NCBI GenBank assembly: GCA_001787125.1
Contig: MFVU01000002.1
Coordinates: 1 to 44,334, forward strand
Length of the DNA stretch: 44,334 bases
Direction: 5' to 3'
From: Candidatus Nomurabacteria bacterium RIFCSPLOWO2_12_FULL_44_11
GTDB taxonomy: Bacteria > Patescibacteriota > Minisyncoccia > Phycocordibacterales > UBA9973
A program made the position numbers and the translations under genes. Of this stretch, positions 42,562 through 44,334 are shown one piece after another. Position 1 is the stretch's first letter; every line of letters starts with the position of its first letter. Below the pieces are notes generated by a model, which was not told where the DNA came from, ran no database searches, and was given only the letters and a program-made list of their open reading frames with translations.

Positions 42562-42586
42562 ATAAAAATGTGGTCTAATGTAGTTT

Positions 42587-43033
42587 TTATTTCCGATATT
42601 TCCTTTTGCGCCACTTGTCCGCAATTTTTACCCGAGTGAGGGAACGCTCCAGTTCGGCTTCAAAGTGCTCGAAGTCCACCTCATTTTTATCCGTCATTTT
42701 CTTTTTTAACTCCTCCGCTTTTTTCTTGGCCTCTTCAATCTTTTGATCTGTGAGCTCTGCAACGTGCTCCGCAAAGTCAGCCAAGACCGCAACTTCAGTA
42801 ATTCCCTCTTCATTCTTTTTTACTTCCAAAAATCCTCCGGCCACGGCCATGGGTATTTGCTCCCCGCCAGATACTGCCACCACGTCGCCGGATTTAAGTC
42901 CGACAACTAACGGAATATGATCCGACAATATTGTGATCTCCCCTTCGGTGGTCGGAAGTGACACTTGGTCCACCATTTCCTCGAGGACCAGTCGCTCTGG
43001 GGTTACGATTTTTAATTTTAATTGTTTGCTCAT
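42587..43033 (-). CDS. atpC: F0F1 ATP synthase subunit epsilon
   Basis: LKIVTPERLVLEEMVDQVSLPTTEGEITILSDHIPLV, with a C-terminal helical hairpin. Confidence 0.92.
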   Translation of the reverse strand: MSKQLKLKIVTPERLVLEEMVDQVSLPTTEGEITILSDHIPLVVGLKSGDVVAVSGGEQIPMAVAGGFLEVKKNEEGITEVAVLADFAEHVAELTDQKIEEAKKKAEELKKKMTDKNEVDFEHFEAELERSLTRVKIADKWRKRKYRK

Positions 43034-43077
43034 GTTTATTTTTGAAATTGCTTTTCGAGAGAAGCTATTTCAAATTT

Positions 43078-44334
<1,257 letters not shown>

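Noticed and set aside
41902-42639. Other ORFs within the GC-rich insert: 42190-42639 (+) 149 aa, 42141-42419 (+) 92 aa, 41902-42099 (-) 65 aa
   Set aside because: Long stop-free frames are expected by chance in ~70% GC DNA. These frames are Ala/Ser/Thr/Arg-rich as in typical antisense or off-frame translation, lack SD sites, and lack the third-position G/C bias of the 41979-42449 frame.

Overview
The window is a gene-dense, mostly minus-strand stretch of a low-GC, streamlined bacterial genome. I infer a Patescibacteria/CPR-like organism from compact and fused enzymes, pervasive 1-20 bp gene overlaps, near absence of Shine-Dalgarno sites, and two of three tRNAs lacking an encoded CCA; this cannot be proven here. 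Content: a de novo purine block (purM, purE, purN-purD fusion, purF, purQ, large-type purL; then guaB-purA); an oxidative pentose-phosphate operon (pgl-gnd-zwf) led by tRNA-Gln; replication, division and translation housekeeping (dnaX, dus, ftsQ-like, serS, dprA, topA, relA/spoT, parB, murA, miaA, rpmG, rseP, frr, holB, mreB, rsmI); and atpC plus partial atpD. There are three tRNAs (Gln-UUG, Leu-CAA, Trp-CCA). I saw no rRNA, CRISPR array, transposase or integrase. Most notable: (1) a ~0.6 kb insert of roughly 70% G+C between atpC and rsmI, with one GC3-biased, SD-preceded 156-aa ORF of unknown function; (2) a GC-rich ~33-nt palindromic repeat in topA and at the guaB 5' end, read in the same frame (PN[G/A]RSGG), plus other in-frame GC palindromes; (3) a tightly coupled operon of a ~31-Cys internally duplicated protein, an M24 peptidase and a tandem double Ddl-type ATP-grasp protein; (4) a hypothetical protein with glutamine-synthetase-like amidoligase motifs; (5) extended -10 promoters (often TGCTATAAT) exactly 6 nt from ATG at seven genes, and tRNAs abutting downstream CDSs, implying leaderless mRNAs.
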